A stretch of DNA of 44,483 nucleotides from Armatimonadota bacterium (GTDB lineage: Bacteria > Armatimonadota > UBA10988): contig JACRKZ010000172.1 in assembly GCA_016235455.1 (NCBI GenBank), positions 1 to 44,483 on the forward strand, read 5' to 3'. Position 1 is the first letter of the stretch. Each line of letters starts with the position of its first letter. Made by a program: the position numbers and the translations under genes. The notes under the pieces are model-generated. The model was not told where the DNA came from and did not search any database. It worked only from the letters and a program-made list of their open reading frames with translations. Positions 9,862 through 18,348 of the stretch are shown in pieces.

Positions 9862-11766
9862 ATGCTGTCCTACCCGACAGTGGCTCGCCGTCTGGCCGGC
9901 TACTGCCTGCTGGCCTCTCTCGCCCTTTTCGCCCTGCCCCTGTATGCCGCCGAGCCGACCGCCGGCGGCACCGAGGACCTGCCCGACATGGACGTCACCG
10001 TCCAGCGCGTGCGGCAGGCCAAGGAGGATGTGGCCGTGCCGGTGACGATCATCATGCCGGCCGACCTGCCCGCGGCCACCGGCACCAGCGTGGCCGACGC
10101 GCTACGCACGGTGCCCGGCTTCGACCGCCGGCCGGCGGGCTCCGATGGCGCCATCGAGGGCTTCAGCCTGCGCGGGGCCAAGGCCGAGCAGGTGCTCGTA
10201 CTCATCGACGGCCGGCGCGTGGGCACCGCTCAGGGCGGCGGTGTCAACCTCGGCGACCTGCCCATGGCAGATGTCGAGCGCATCGAGGTGCTACGCGGCG
10301 GCGCCTCGGCACTGTACGGCTCCGATCCCATCGGCGGCGTGATCAACATCATCACCAAGCGCGGCGGCAAGGGCTTGAGCGCCACGCTGCGTGGCGGCTC
10401 GTTCGGCTCGGTTGGTAGCCAGTTGCAGGCCGGCGGCACCAAGGGCCGCGCCACCTGGCATTGGGACGCCGAGTACTACAACCAGGACGGCGGCTTCACC
10501 TACAAGACGACCACGGGTACGTGGGCCTCGCGCGACAACAACCACATGCTGCGCCGGAACCTGAGCGGCAAGGCCAGCTACGACCTGGGTCAAGGCGGCG
10601 TGCTCGAGGCCGGTACCGAGCTCTATCGCGCCACCCGCGGCGTGCCGGGCCTGGTGGCGTTCCCCAGCCCGCGGGCCTTCCAGGTCGACGAGCGGCATGG
10701 CGCCTGGCTCAACCACAAGATCGACCTGGCCGCAGGCACGCATCTGGCCACCAGCCTCAACTGGCTGGACAGCAATCGCGACTACGACGACCGCTTCGCC
10801 TTCTTCCCGGCGGTCTCGCACCACGACAACCGCCAGCTCTCCGGCGAGATGCTGGCCACCTTCGACGTGGCGGGCGGGCGTCAGGCGGTGTTTGGCATCG
10901 ACTGGCGGCGCGACGAGATCAACAGCAGCAACGACGGCCGGCGCCACCGCATCACCGGCGGCGTGTTCGGGCAGTATGAGCTGGGCCTGGGTTCCTTCAC
11001 CGTCACCCCCTCGGCGCGGGTCGACTGGCAGACCGGCCAGAAGCCGATCTTCACGCCGCGTGTCGGCGCCACCTGGCGGGCCGCGCCCAACCTGACGCTG
11101 CGGGCCGGCGGCAATCGCTCGTTCCGCGCGCCGTCGTTCGACGATCTCTACTGGCCGGCCGACTCCTATGCCGTGGGCAACCCGAACCTGGTACCCGAGC
11201 GGGCGGTCGAGTGGAACGTCGGTCTCGGCTGGCAGCCGTGGCAGGGCGCCACGCTGGACCTGGACTACTACAACCGCGACGCGGCGCAACTCATCACCTG
11301 GCAGCCCGTGGGTGGCGGCAAGTGGTCGCCGACCAACGTCGGGCGCGTACGCTTCCAGGGCGTGGAGACCAGCATGTCGACACCGCTGCCGGGGCTCAGC
11401 CGCTGGTCGCTGAACGGCTCCTACGCCTATCTCAAGGCCACCACGCACAGTGGCTCGGCCGCCGAGACCGGCCGGCAACTCATTGGGCGGCCCTTCCACC
11501 AGGGCAGCGCCACGCTGAGCTACCGGGCCAGCCGCTTCGATGCCGGCCTGACGCTGACCGCCGTGGGCGACCGCTACACGACCGCGGCCAACACGCAGCG
11601 GCTGGCCAGCTACGCCACGCTCGACCTGACCGCCCGCTGGAAGTGCGGCGCTCGCGACGAGCTCACCTTCGAACTGCGCAACCTGACCAACGCCACCTAC
11701 CAGGCGGTGGAGGGCTATCCGCTGCCCGGCTTCGAGTACCGCGTGGCGGCCACGCGATCGTTCTGA
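9862..11766 (+). CDS. btuB: TonB-dependent receptor, BtuB-like
   Basis: Plug motifs VLVLIDG and ERIEVLRGGASALYGSDPIGGVINIITK; FRAPSFDDLY, GNPNLVPE; C-terminal Phe; B12 riboswitch upstream. Confidence 0.88.
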   Translation: MLSYPTVARRLAGYCLLASLALFALPLYAAEPTAGGTEDLPDMDVTVQRVRQAKEDVAVPVTIIMPADLPAATGTSVADALRTVPGFDRRPAGSDGAIEGFSLRGAKAEQVLVLIDGRRVGTAQGGGVNLGDLPMADVERIEVLRGGASALYGSDPIGGVINIITKRGGKGLSATLRGGSFGSVGSQLQAGGTKGRATWHWDAEYYNQDGGFTYKTTTGTWASRDNNHMLRRNLSGKASYDLGQGGVLEAGTELYRATRGVPGLVAFPSPRAFQVDERHGAWLNHKIDLAAGTHLATSLNWLDSNRDYDDRFAFFPAVSHHDNRQLSGEMLATFDVAGGRQAVFGIDWRRDEINSSNDGRRHRITGGVFGQYELGLGSFTVTPSARVDWQTGQKPIFTPRVGATWRAAPNLTLRAGGNRSFRAPSFDDLYWPADSYAVGNPNLVPERAVEWNVGLGWQPWQGATLDLDYYNRDAAQLITWQPVGGGKWSPTNVGRVRFQGVETSMSTPLPGLSRWSLNGSYAYLKATTHSGSAAETGRQLIGRPFHQGSATLSYRASRFDAGLTLTAVGDRYTTAANTQRLASYATLDLTARWKCGARDELTFELRNLTNATYQAVEGYPLPGFEYRVAATRSF

Positions 11767-11781
11767 TCCAGAGGAGCAACC

Positions 11782-13164
11782 ATGCGAACCTGTAGACGAC
11801 TGACCCTTCTGCTCTGCGCGGCGGCCGTGTCCGCGCTCATCGGCTGCGGTGGCAGCAAGGCCATCGACCTGTCCGGCAGCACCGGCGACCTGACCATCTC
11901 CGCCACCACCGGCGCCATCGAGGCGCGCGTGGTCAATGCCAACAACAGCCCGTATGCCAACCAGACCATCCTGGTCAGCGGCACGCGCGCGGCCACCACT
12001 GCCATCAGCGCCACGACCGATGGTCAGGGCTGGCTGCGGCTGGGCAGCCTGAGCGCCGGCAGCTACCAGTTGCTGGCCGGCGCGGTCAGCTTCAGCGTCG
12101 ACGTGACGGCCAACGCCATCACCACGCGCCGGCTGAACGTGGGCAATCCGACCGAGGTGCGGACCGATCTGGGCCTGCTGTATGTGCTCAACGGCCTGGG
12201 CAAGACGCTCAGCGTGATCGACACCGACGCCGGCACGATCACTAACAACGTGGTCAACACGGGCCAGTGGCCCAACCAGGTGGCCTTCCACAAGAGCATC
12301 GGCTACGTGGTCAACTCCGGTGACAACAAGGTCCAGCGCTTCAACCCGGCGGGCGGCGCGACCATCGACAACATCGATGTGGGCACCGGCGCCAACCCGT
12401 ACAGCATCGCCTTCTCGGGCGACAAGGCCTACATCACCAACCTGCTGACCAACAGTGTCTCGGTGGCCAACGTGGCTGGCGCGACGCCGACCGTGTCCAA
12501 GACCGTGACCGTCGGTACGGCGCCCGAGGGCATGGCGGTGGCGCGGGGCAAGGTCTTCGTGTGCTGCGCCAACTACGCCTGGACCGGCGGCGCCGTGACC
12601 TACGGCCACGGTGAGGTGCACGTCATCAACGCCACCACCGACACCGTCGAGGCGGTGCTCGACCTGGGTGCCGACGCCAACCCGCAGGCCGCGGTGGTCG
12701 GCGCTGATGGCGCGGTCTACGTGCTCTGCACGGGCAACTTCGGCACGGTGGGCAGCCGTGTGCTGCGCATCAACGCGCGCACCAACACGCTGGACGGCTC
12801 GCCACTGGCGCTGACCACGGGCACCGCGGCGGTGACCACCGCCGGCGCCATGGCGCTGGCGCCCAACGGCCGCTGCTTCATCACCGACACGGCCATCAAC
12901 CGGGTGCACGTCATCGACACCAACACCAACACCGTGCTGCGCACCGGCGCGCAGGCGCTGGACATGGGTGGCAACCCGCTGGGCGTGGCTGCGTCGGACA
13001 ACGGCGTGGTGTGGGTGTTCAACTTCTCGGCCGACCAGGTGCGTTCGGCCGACGCGGCCACCTACGCGCAGCGCTTCGCGCCGCTGGATGCCGGTGACGG
13101 CCCCCAGACGGGCGGCACGCGCAGCCGCGTTCCCGGCCTGGGCCTGCTGGGCACGGGTCGCTGA
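11782..13164 (+). CDS. Lipoprotein with YVTN/YncE-type beta-propeller and N-terminal beta-sandwich
   Basis: Lipobox SALIGC; repeats of YVxN...VSVID...VGxxP; GAGGAG SD. Confidence 0.8.
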   Translation: MRTCRRLTLLLCAAAVSALIGCGGSKAIDLSGSTGDLTISATTGAIEARVVNANNSPYANQTILVSGTRAATTAISATTDGQGWLRLGSLSAGSYQLLAGAVSFSVDVTANAITTRRLNVGNPTEVRTDLGLLYVLNGLGKTLSVIDTDAGTITNNVVNTGQWPNQVAFHKSIGYVVNSGDNKVQRFNPAGGATIDNIDVGTGANPYSIAFSGDKAYITNLLTNSVSVANVAGATPTVSKTVTVGTAPEGMAVARGKVFVCCANYAWTGGAVTYGHGEVHVINATTDTVEAVLDLGADANPQAAVVGADGAVYVLCTGNFGTVGSRVLRINARTNTLDGSPLALTTGTAAVTTAGAMALAPNGRCFITDTAINRVHVIDTNTNTVLRTGAQALDMGGNPLGVAASDNGVVWVFNFSADQVRSADAATYAQRFAPLDAGDGPQTGGTRSRVPGLGLLGTGR

Positions 13165-13186
13165 CGACCACTGGTCACCAACCAAC

Positions 13187-13224
13187 CCGAGGGCCGGTCT
13201 GCCGCAAGGCGGGCCGGCCCTCGG
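13187..13224. terminator. Intrinsic terminator between convergent genes
   Basis: 17-bp stem CCGAGGGCCGGTCTGCC-gcaa-GGCGGGCCGGCCCTCGG (GNRA loop, G-U pairs on + strand) followed by TGTTT. Confidence 0.75.
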
Positions 13225-13234
13225 TGTTTGGGCG

Positions 13235-13792
13235 TCAGCTCAGCAGCAGCGCATGCACGCGGCCATCGGTGGTCAGTTCAGGATGAAAGGTCGCCGCCAG
13301 CACGTTGCCCTGCCGCACAAGCACGGGCTCGCCGTCGACGCTGGCCAGCACCTCGACATGGTCGCCCAGTGCCTCAAAGCGCGGCGCGCGGATGAACACG
13401 GCGCGCAGCGGCTCGTCGCCGAGCACGGGGATGTCGAGGTCGGTCTCGAAGCTGTCGGTCTGCCGGCCATAGGCATTGCGGCAGATGGTCGCGTCGAGCA
13501 GCCCGAGGTTGTGGACATTGCCCTCAACCACGGTCGTGCTCAGCAGGATGGCTCCGGCGCAGGTGCCGAAGATGGGTTTGCCCGCGGCGTGCAGGTCGCG
13601 GATGGCCTGGTCGACGCCGAAGCGCAGCATCAGCTTGCCGATGGTGGTGCTTTCGCCGCCGGGCAGGATCAAGGCGTCGCAGGCGCTCACCTGCTCGGGC
13701 GTGCGCACGTTGCGGCCCTCGACGCCGAGGCGGGCGAGGGTTTCGAGGTGTTCTTGGAAGTCGCCTTGCAGGCCGAGTACGCCGATGACCAC
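13235..13792 (-). CDS. pdxT: PLP synthase glutaminase subunit (alternative start ATG 13813)
   Basis: GVLGLQGDF, PGGESTT, GTCAG, RNAYGRQ..SF, FIRAP, FHPEL. Confidence 0.96.
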   Translation of the reverse strand: MVIGVLGLQGDFQEHLETLARLGVEGRNVRTPEQVSACDALILPGGESTTIGKLMLRFGVDQAIRDLHAAGKPIFGTCAGAILLSTTVVEGNVHNLGLLDATICRNAYGRQTDSFETDLDIPVLGDEPLRAVFIRAPRFEALGDHVEVLASVDGEPVLVRQGNVLAATFHPELTTDGRVHALLLS

Positions 13793-13793
13793 G

Positions 13794-14159
13794 CTATGCC
13801 GCCCGTTTGCCATTGAGCGCCACCACGGTGGCGGCCGCACTGCGTTCGAACAGGTCGGCGTCCTGAGGCGTGGGGATCACACCGTCCTCGGCCACACGGC
13901 GGCATAGATCGCTCAACTCGCCGTACATGGCATAGCCGTCCTCGTCGAGAAGGCCTTTCTGCCTGAGCAACTCGACGACGCGAGCCACGCGGGCTGTCAT
14001 GTCTGGCACGAGCGCGATCTGAGCCTGATCGTCAGGGCCCAGCCTCGCGGCGGCCAACGCACCGGCCAGTTCAACGTCCCTGAAGGCGTTCAGCACGGCC
14101 AGCCGCGTGTCGCGATGACGCAACTTGCTGGTCGCATCCCACCAACTGCTGGTGCCCAT
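13794..14159 (-). CDS. Hypothetical protein
   Basis: About 121 aa; GGAGGAA SD; stop abuts the pdxT start; TAGAAT -10 at 14220-14225. Confidence 0.6.
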   Translation of the reverse strand: MGTSSWWDATSKLRHRDTRLAVLNAFRDVELAGALAAARLGPDDQAQIALVPDMTARVARVVELLRQKGLLDEDGYAMYGELSDLCRRVAEDGVIPTPQDADLFERSAAATVVALNGKRAA

Positions 14160-14299
14160 CACGTTCCTCCGCTGTCGACCTCGGTGGTCCGGCTATCGTC
14201 GGCGGACGCCTGCCCGGTCATTCTACCGAGGCGGCGCTCGGTGTCTTGCACTTTGGCCGGCTTGTACAGCTCATACCCGCCTGGCATCTTGAGTGCCAA

Positions 14300-14515
14300 C
14301 TAACCTCGGACTATCGCTTGGATCAGGCTCTTGAGTTCCGGTCCGTGGTCCCAAGCTACCTTGGCCACAAACAGGCCGATGAGCACCTTGGCCAAGGCGG
14401 ACAGCACGGCGATGACCTTGTCAGGCATGACGGCGAACAGGACCAGTAATACGAACACTGCTGCCCACCGCCAGGCGCGTTGCCGGCCGTCGCTCGTGCT
14501 GTCGATACCGCTCAT
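14300..14515 (-). CDS. Small hypothetical membrane protein
   Basis: 71 aa, two hydrophobic segments; ATG 1 nt after the pdxS stop. Confidence 0.5.
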   Translation of the reverse strand: MSGIDSTSDGRQRAWRWAAVFVLLVLFAVMPDKVIAVLSALAKVLIGLFVAKVAWDHGPELKSLIQAIVRG

Positions 14516-14516
14516 C

Positions 14517-15437
14517 TCACCACCCCCGGTTGGCCATCCGCTCCGTCTCGGGGATATCGGTGATGTTGATGCCGACCATGGCCTCGCCCAGGTTGCGGCT
14601 GACTTCCATCAGCTTCTTGGCGTCGTCGAAGAAGGTGGTCGCCTCGACGATGGCCTTGGCGCGCTTGGCAGGGTCGCCGCTCTTGAAGATGCCCGAGCCC
14701 ACGAACACCGCCTCGGCGCCGAGCTGGCGCATGAGCGCGGCGTCGGCCGGGGTGGCGATGCCGCCCGCGGAGAAGTTCGGCACGGGCATCTTGCCCGTCT
14801 CGGCGATCTCCTTGACCAGCTCAAACGGCGCGCCAAGGTTCTTGGCCTCGGTCATGAGTTGCTCGGTGCCCAGCGTGGTCAGCCGGCGCACATGGTCCAG
14901 GACGGTGCGCATGTGGCGCACGGCCTCGACCACGTTGCCGCTGCCGGCCTCGCCCTTGGTGCGGATCATTGCGGCGCCTTCGCCACAACGGCGCAGGGCT
15001 TCGCCCAGGTCACGGCAGCCGCAGACGAACGGCACGTTGAAGTCGTGCTTGTAGACGTGGTAAGTCTCGTCGGCCGGCGTGAGCACTTCGCTCTCGTCGA
15101 TGTAGTCGACACCCAATGCCTGGAGGATCTGCGCCTCGGCGAAGTGGCCGATACGGCACTTGGCCATGACGGGGATGCTCACCGCGGCCATGATCGACTC
15201 GATCATGTCGGGGTCGCTCATGCGTGAAACGCCGCCTTGTGCACGGATGTCCGCGGGCACGCGCTCGAGGGCCATCACGGCCGCCGCGCCAGCGTCCTCG
15301 GCGATGCGCGCGTGCTCGGCGGTGACCACGTCCATGATCACGCCGCCGCGCAACATCTGCGCCAGGCCGACCTTCTCGCGCCAGGTATACTGCTTGCCGG
15401 GTTCTCGCTTGCCCGGAGCCAAAGCCTTGTCGCTCAC
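14517..15437 (-). CDS. pdxS: PLP synthase lyase subunit
   Basis: [52 protein letters not shown]-terminal RGW; GTG start after AGGAGG; TATACT -10 at 15501-15506. Confidence 0.97.
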   Translation of the reverse strand: MSDKALAPGKREPGKQYTWREKVGLAQMLRGGVIMDVVTAEHARIAEDAGAAAVMALERVPADIRAQGGVSRMSDPDMIESIMAAVSIPVMAKCRIGHFAEAQILQALGVDYIDESEVLTPADETYHVYKHDFNVPFVCGCRDLGEALRRCGEGAAMIRTKGEAGSGNVVEAVRHMRTVLDHVRRLTTLGTEQLMTEAKNLGAPFELVKEIAETGKMPVPNFSAGGIATPADAALMRQLGAEAVFVGSGIFKSGDPAKRAKAIVEATTFFDDAKKLMEVSRNLGEAMVGINITDIPETERMANRGW

Positions 15438-15522
15438 CTTAGCCTCCTGACCGCTCCGCAACGCCCCCGGTCGCGGTCGAGCCGTCATCTATGACTACCT
15501 AGTATACCCCACAGTGCGGGAA

Positions 15523-16743
15523 TCAGAGCCTGGCGGCCAACAACGGCACGCGCTGCTCCTCGGGCGCCAGCCCGCCGTGGCGGCCCAGCGAATCCGGGTC
15601 GCGGGGGCGGTCCCAGTACAAGTAGCCGCCCCGTCCGCAGAGCACCAGGTCGCCCACGCGTTGCGCCGCGCGTGGCGCATGGGGTAGGGGGCCGAACAGC
15701 CCCGACGCCAACGCCTCGCTCGAGTCCAGCACCGCGAAGGCCTCGCCCAGGTGCTCGCGGCAATAGGCCGTGGCCTCGGCCACGCAGCCCTGCCGGCAGT
15801 GCAGGTAGGCCGCGCGCGAGTCGCCCGTGGACGGCATGGCCAACAACTGCGCCAGCTCGGGATGCTCCGTCAGCCGCACCACGCGCTCGGGCCTGGCCGC
15901 CATCTGGCCGTGGTCGCTGGTCAGCAGGAACAGCGTGTCACGGGCCTCGGCCGGGGTCAGCCGGTCCAGGAAGGCGCGCTCAAAGGCCCGGCCGAGCAGG
16001 TCCAGCTCAGTTTCCAGCGCCTCGCTGCTCGGACCGTAGGCGTGTTGCAGGTCGTCGGCCACATGCCAGTAGGCCACGAACAGCCCGCGCGCGCAGGACG
16101 CCATCTGGGCCCGCAGCAAGGGCCACAGGTCGGCCAGCCCGACGAACCCGCGTGTCTCGGCCACGCCGCGCGCCTGCAAGCGGCTCAGGCCGCTCTTGGC
16201 GAAGGCGCCGTAGATGAGGTTGTGGGTAGGCACGCCCACCGCGGACAGGCGTTGTGCCACCGAGGACACGGCCAGGAACGTGTCCGGGTCGAGCCCGCCG
16301 CTCAGCAGTTGGTCGCGGCCGTGCTTCTCGAACCCGTCGGGGCAGAAGCTGATCATGTTGGCCCGCACGCCATACTCGCCCAGCCACTGCCGGTAGCCCA
16401 GCAGGCCGTGCTCCGCGGGGCTAACGCCGGTCCACAGGCTGGTCAGCGCGGCCGTCGTCGTGGACGGGAAGACCGAGGTCAGCTCGCCCAAGCGGCCGCT
16501 GGGCAGCAGTCGCGCCAAGCCGCCGCCCTCGGCCAATGCGTTGGCCAGGCTGTCATGGCCCACGGCGTCGACCACCAGCAGCACCACGCGCTGGGCGCCG
16601 GCCAGCAGGTCGTCGAGCAGGTCGGCGTCGAGGCCGGGCGTGGCGATAGCGCCGCCGAAGTGCCGCACCAGGCTGGCCGACAGGTTGGTGATGCCGCGAC
16701 CATCGTAGCTGGGAGTCACGAATTCGGCGGGTAGGGTGATCAT
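15523..16743 (-). CDS. Alkaline phosphatase superfamily / type I phosphodiesterase-nucleotide pyrophosphatase
   Basis: LLVVDAVG, SVFPSTT, HG..G, D...HAYG, TSDHG, RHGG; TACAAT -10 at 16766-16771. Confidence 0.88.
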   Translation of the reverse strand: MITLPAEFVTPSYDGRGITNLSASLVRHFGGAIATPGLDADLLDDLLAGAQRVVLLVVDAVGHDSLANALAEGGGLARLLPSGRLGELTSVFPSTTTAALTSLWTGVSPAEHGLLGYRQWLGEYGVRANMISFCPDGFEKHGRDQLLSGGLDPDTFLAVSSVAQRLSAVGVPTHNLIYGAFAKSGLSRLQARGVAETRGFVGLADLWPLLRAQMASCARGLFVAYWHVADDLQHAYGPSSEALETELDLLGRAFERAFLDRLTPAEARDTLFLLTSDHGQMAARPERVVRLTEHPELAQLLAMPSTGDSRAAYLHCRQGCVAEATAYCREHLGEAFAVLDSSEALASGLFGPLPHAPRAAQRVGDLVLCGRGGYLYWDRPRDPDSLGRHGGLAPEEQRVPLLAARL

Positions 16744-16800
16744 CGCGGATTGGCCTCGTGCCTGCATTGTACGGCTGGAACGACCCGACGAGGAGCGGAC

Positions 16801-17379
16801 ATGCTGGACACACGCACGAGTGCGCAGGCCCACTACTTCGACACGCTGTCGGCGCTGCTGGGCAGCGGCGTGCCGTTGTTACGCACGCTGAACATGCTGG
16901 CCGCCATCGCCCCAAGCGCCGAGTTGCAGGCCGAGAGCCGGCGGCTGGCCGCGGCGGTGAGCGGCGGCCAGCCGCTGTCGGCCGCCATGGCCGAGGCGCC
17001 GCTGGTCTTCGGCCCGCGCGCGGTGGCCTTCGTGCGCGCCGGTGAGGTGGGTGGCGTGCTCGACCGCACCACGGCCGCGCTGGCGCGTGCCCTGCGGGCT
17101 ACGGATGGGCAGGCCACGGAGTCGTGGTTCGCGTACCTGCTCGGCGTGCTGCTACAGGCGCGTGTACCGTATGAGCAGGCACTGGCCAGCGCGGCCGAAG
17201 TGCTCGACGAGCCGCGCCGGGCCGCGTGCCGCGGCGCCGAGGCGGGAGGATTGGCGCGCTCGCTGCGCCAGAGCGGCGGGTTCGCGCCGCTGACGGTCGA
17301 GTTCATCGCGGTGGGCGAGGAACTGGGCCAACTCGAGCCGCTCTGCCTGCGGGCGGCCGAGCTGCTGGGGAACGGCTAG
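16801..17379 (+). CDS. Type II secretion system F / PilC-like protein lacking TM helices
   Basis: 192 aa; two T2SSF-like repeats (LLGSGVPLL...G.PLS.AM...F...VRAGEVGG.L and LLQARVPY...F.P...FIAVGEELGQL); GAGGAG SD. Confidence 0.75.
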   Translation: MLDTRTSAQAHYFDTLSALLGSGVPLLRTLNMLAAIAPSAELQAESRRLAAAVSGGQPLSAAMAEAPLVFGPRAVAFVRAGEVGGVLDRTTAALARALRATDGQATESWFAYLLGVLLQARVPYEQALASAAEVLDEPRRAACRGAEAGGLARSLRQSGGFAPLTVEFIAVGEELGQLEPLCLRAAELLGNG

Positions 17380-17993
17380 ATCTCGCGCCGGCCCTCCATG
17401 GCGCGCTCGATGGTGGTGCGGTCGGCGTAGTTCAGATCGCCACCCACGGGCAAGCCCAGGGCCGGCCGGGTCAGCCGGACCGCCGCGCCGCGGCGTTGCG
17501 CCGCCTGCCGCAGCACCCGCGCCAGGTAGTTGGCGGTGGTATCGCCTTCGGGCGTGGGGTTCAGCGCCAGGATGACCTCGTCCGCGTCACCCGCCTCCAC
17601 GCGCGCCAGCAGGCTGGCCACGTTCAGATCGTCGGGCCCCACGCCGTCGGCTGGCGAGATGACGCCGCCCAGCACGTGGTAGCGGCCACCGAAGCCGTCG
17701 GTACTCTCGATGGCCAGCAGATCGCGCGCGTCAGCCACCACGCAGACCAGCGACTCGTCGCGGCGCGTGTCGTCGCACAGCGCGCAGGCCTCGCCCTCGG
17801 CGAAGTAGCCGCAGCGCGGGCAGACATGCACCTGCTCCACGGCGTCGGACAGCGACTCGGAGAGCGCCAGAACGCGCTCGGGCGGCTCGCGCAACAGCCA
17901 GAGCGCCAGCCGCTGAGCCGACTTGGGGCCGACTCCGGGCAGGCGCTCGAGCTGGTCGATGAGCCGCGCCACTGGACGCGGGAAGCTGGCCAC
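17376..17993 (-). CDS. recR: Recombination mediator RecR
   Basis: LPGVGPKSAQRLA HhH, C4 zinc finger, Toprim YHVLGG, EGDTTA. Confidence 0.97.
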   Translation of the reverse strand: MASFPRPVARLIDQLERLPGVGPKSAQRLALWLLREPPERVLALSESLSDAVEQVHVCPRCGYFAEGEACALCDDTRRDESLVCVVADARDLLAIESTDGFGGRYHVLGGVISPADGVGPDDLNVASLLARVEAGDADEVILALNPTPEGDTTANYLARVLRQAAQRRGAAVRLTRPALGLPVGGDLNYADRTTIERAMEGRREI

Positions 17994-17995
17994 GG

Positions 17996-18319
17996 CTAGA
18001 TGCCGAACCCGGGCGGGATGGGCAGGCCGCCGGTGATGTCTTCCATGGCGGCCTTGGCCTTCTCGTCGGCGGCGCGCAGCGCCTCCTGCACGGCGGCCAA
18101 CACCGAGTCCTGCAGCAACTCCGTGTCCTCGGGGTCCAGGCCCAGCTTGGCGCCGTCGATGGTCAGGTCGAGCAGCTCCTTCACGCCGTTCACACGGCAG
18201 GTCACCAGTCCGCCCGCCGAGGCCTCCAGCGTGAGCTCGGCCAGCTCGTCCTGGATCTTGGCGGCCTTCTTCTGCGCCTGCTGCACCTGCTTCATCAGAT
18301 TACCGAGGTTACCGAACAC
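17996..18319 (-). CDS. ybaB: YbaB/EbfC nucleoid-associated protein
   Basis: 107 aa, MKQVQQAQ...AGGLV...NG; position between dnaX and recR. Confidence 0.92.
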   Translation of the reverse strand: MFGNLGNLMKQVQQAQKKAAKIQDELAELTLEASAGGLVTCRVNGVKELLDLTIDGAKLGLDPEDTELLQDSVLAAVQEALRAADEKAKAAMEDITGGLPIPPGFGI

Positions 18320-18348
18320 GTTCTTCTCCGTTGGTTCAAAGGTGCGAA

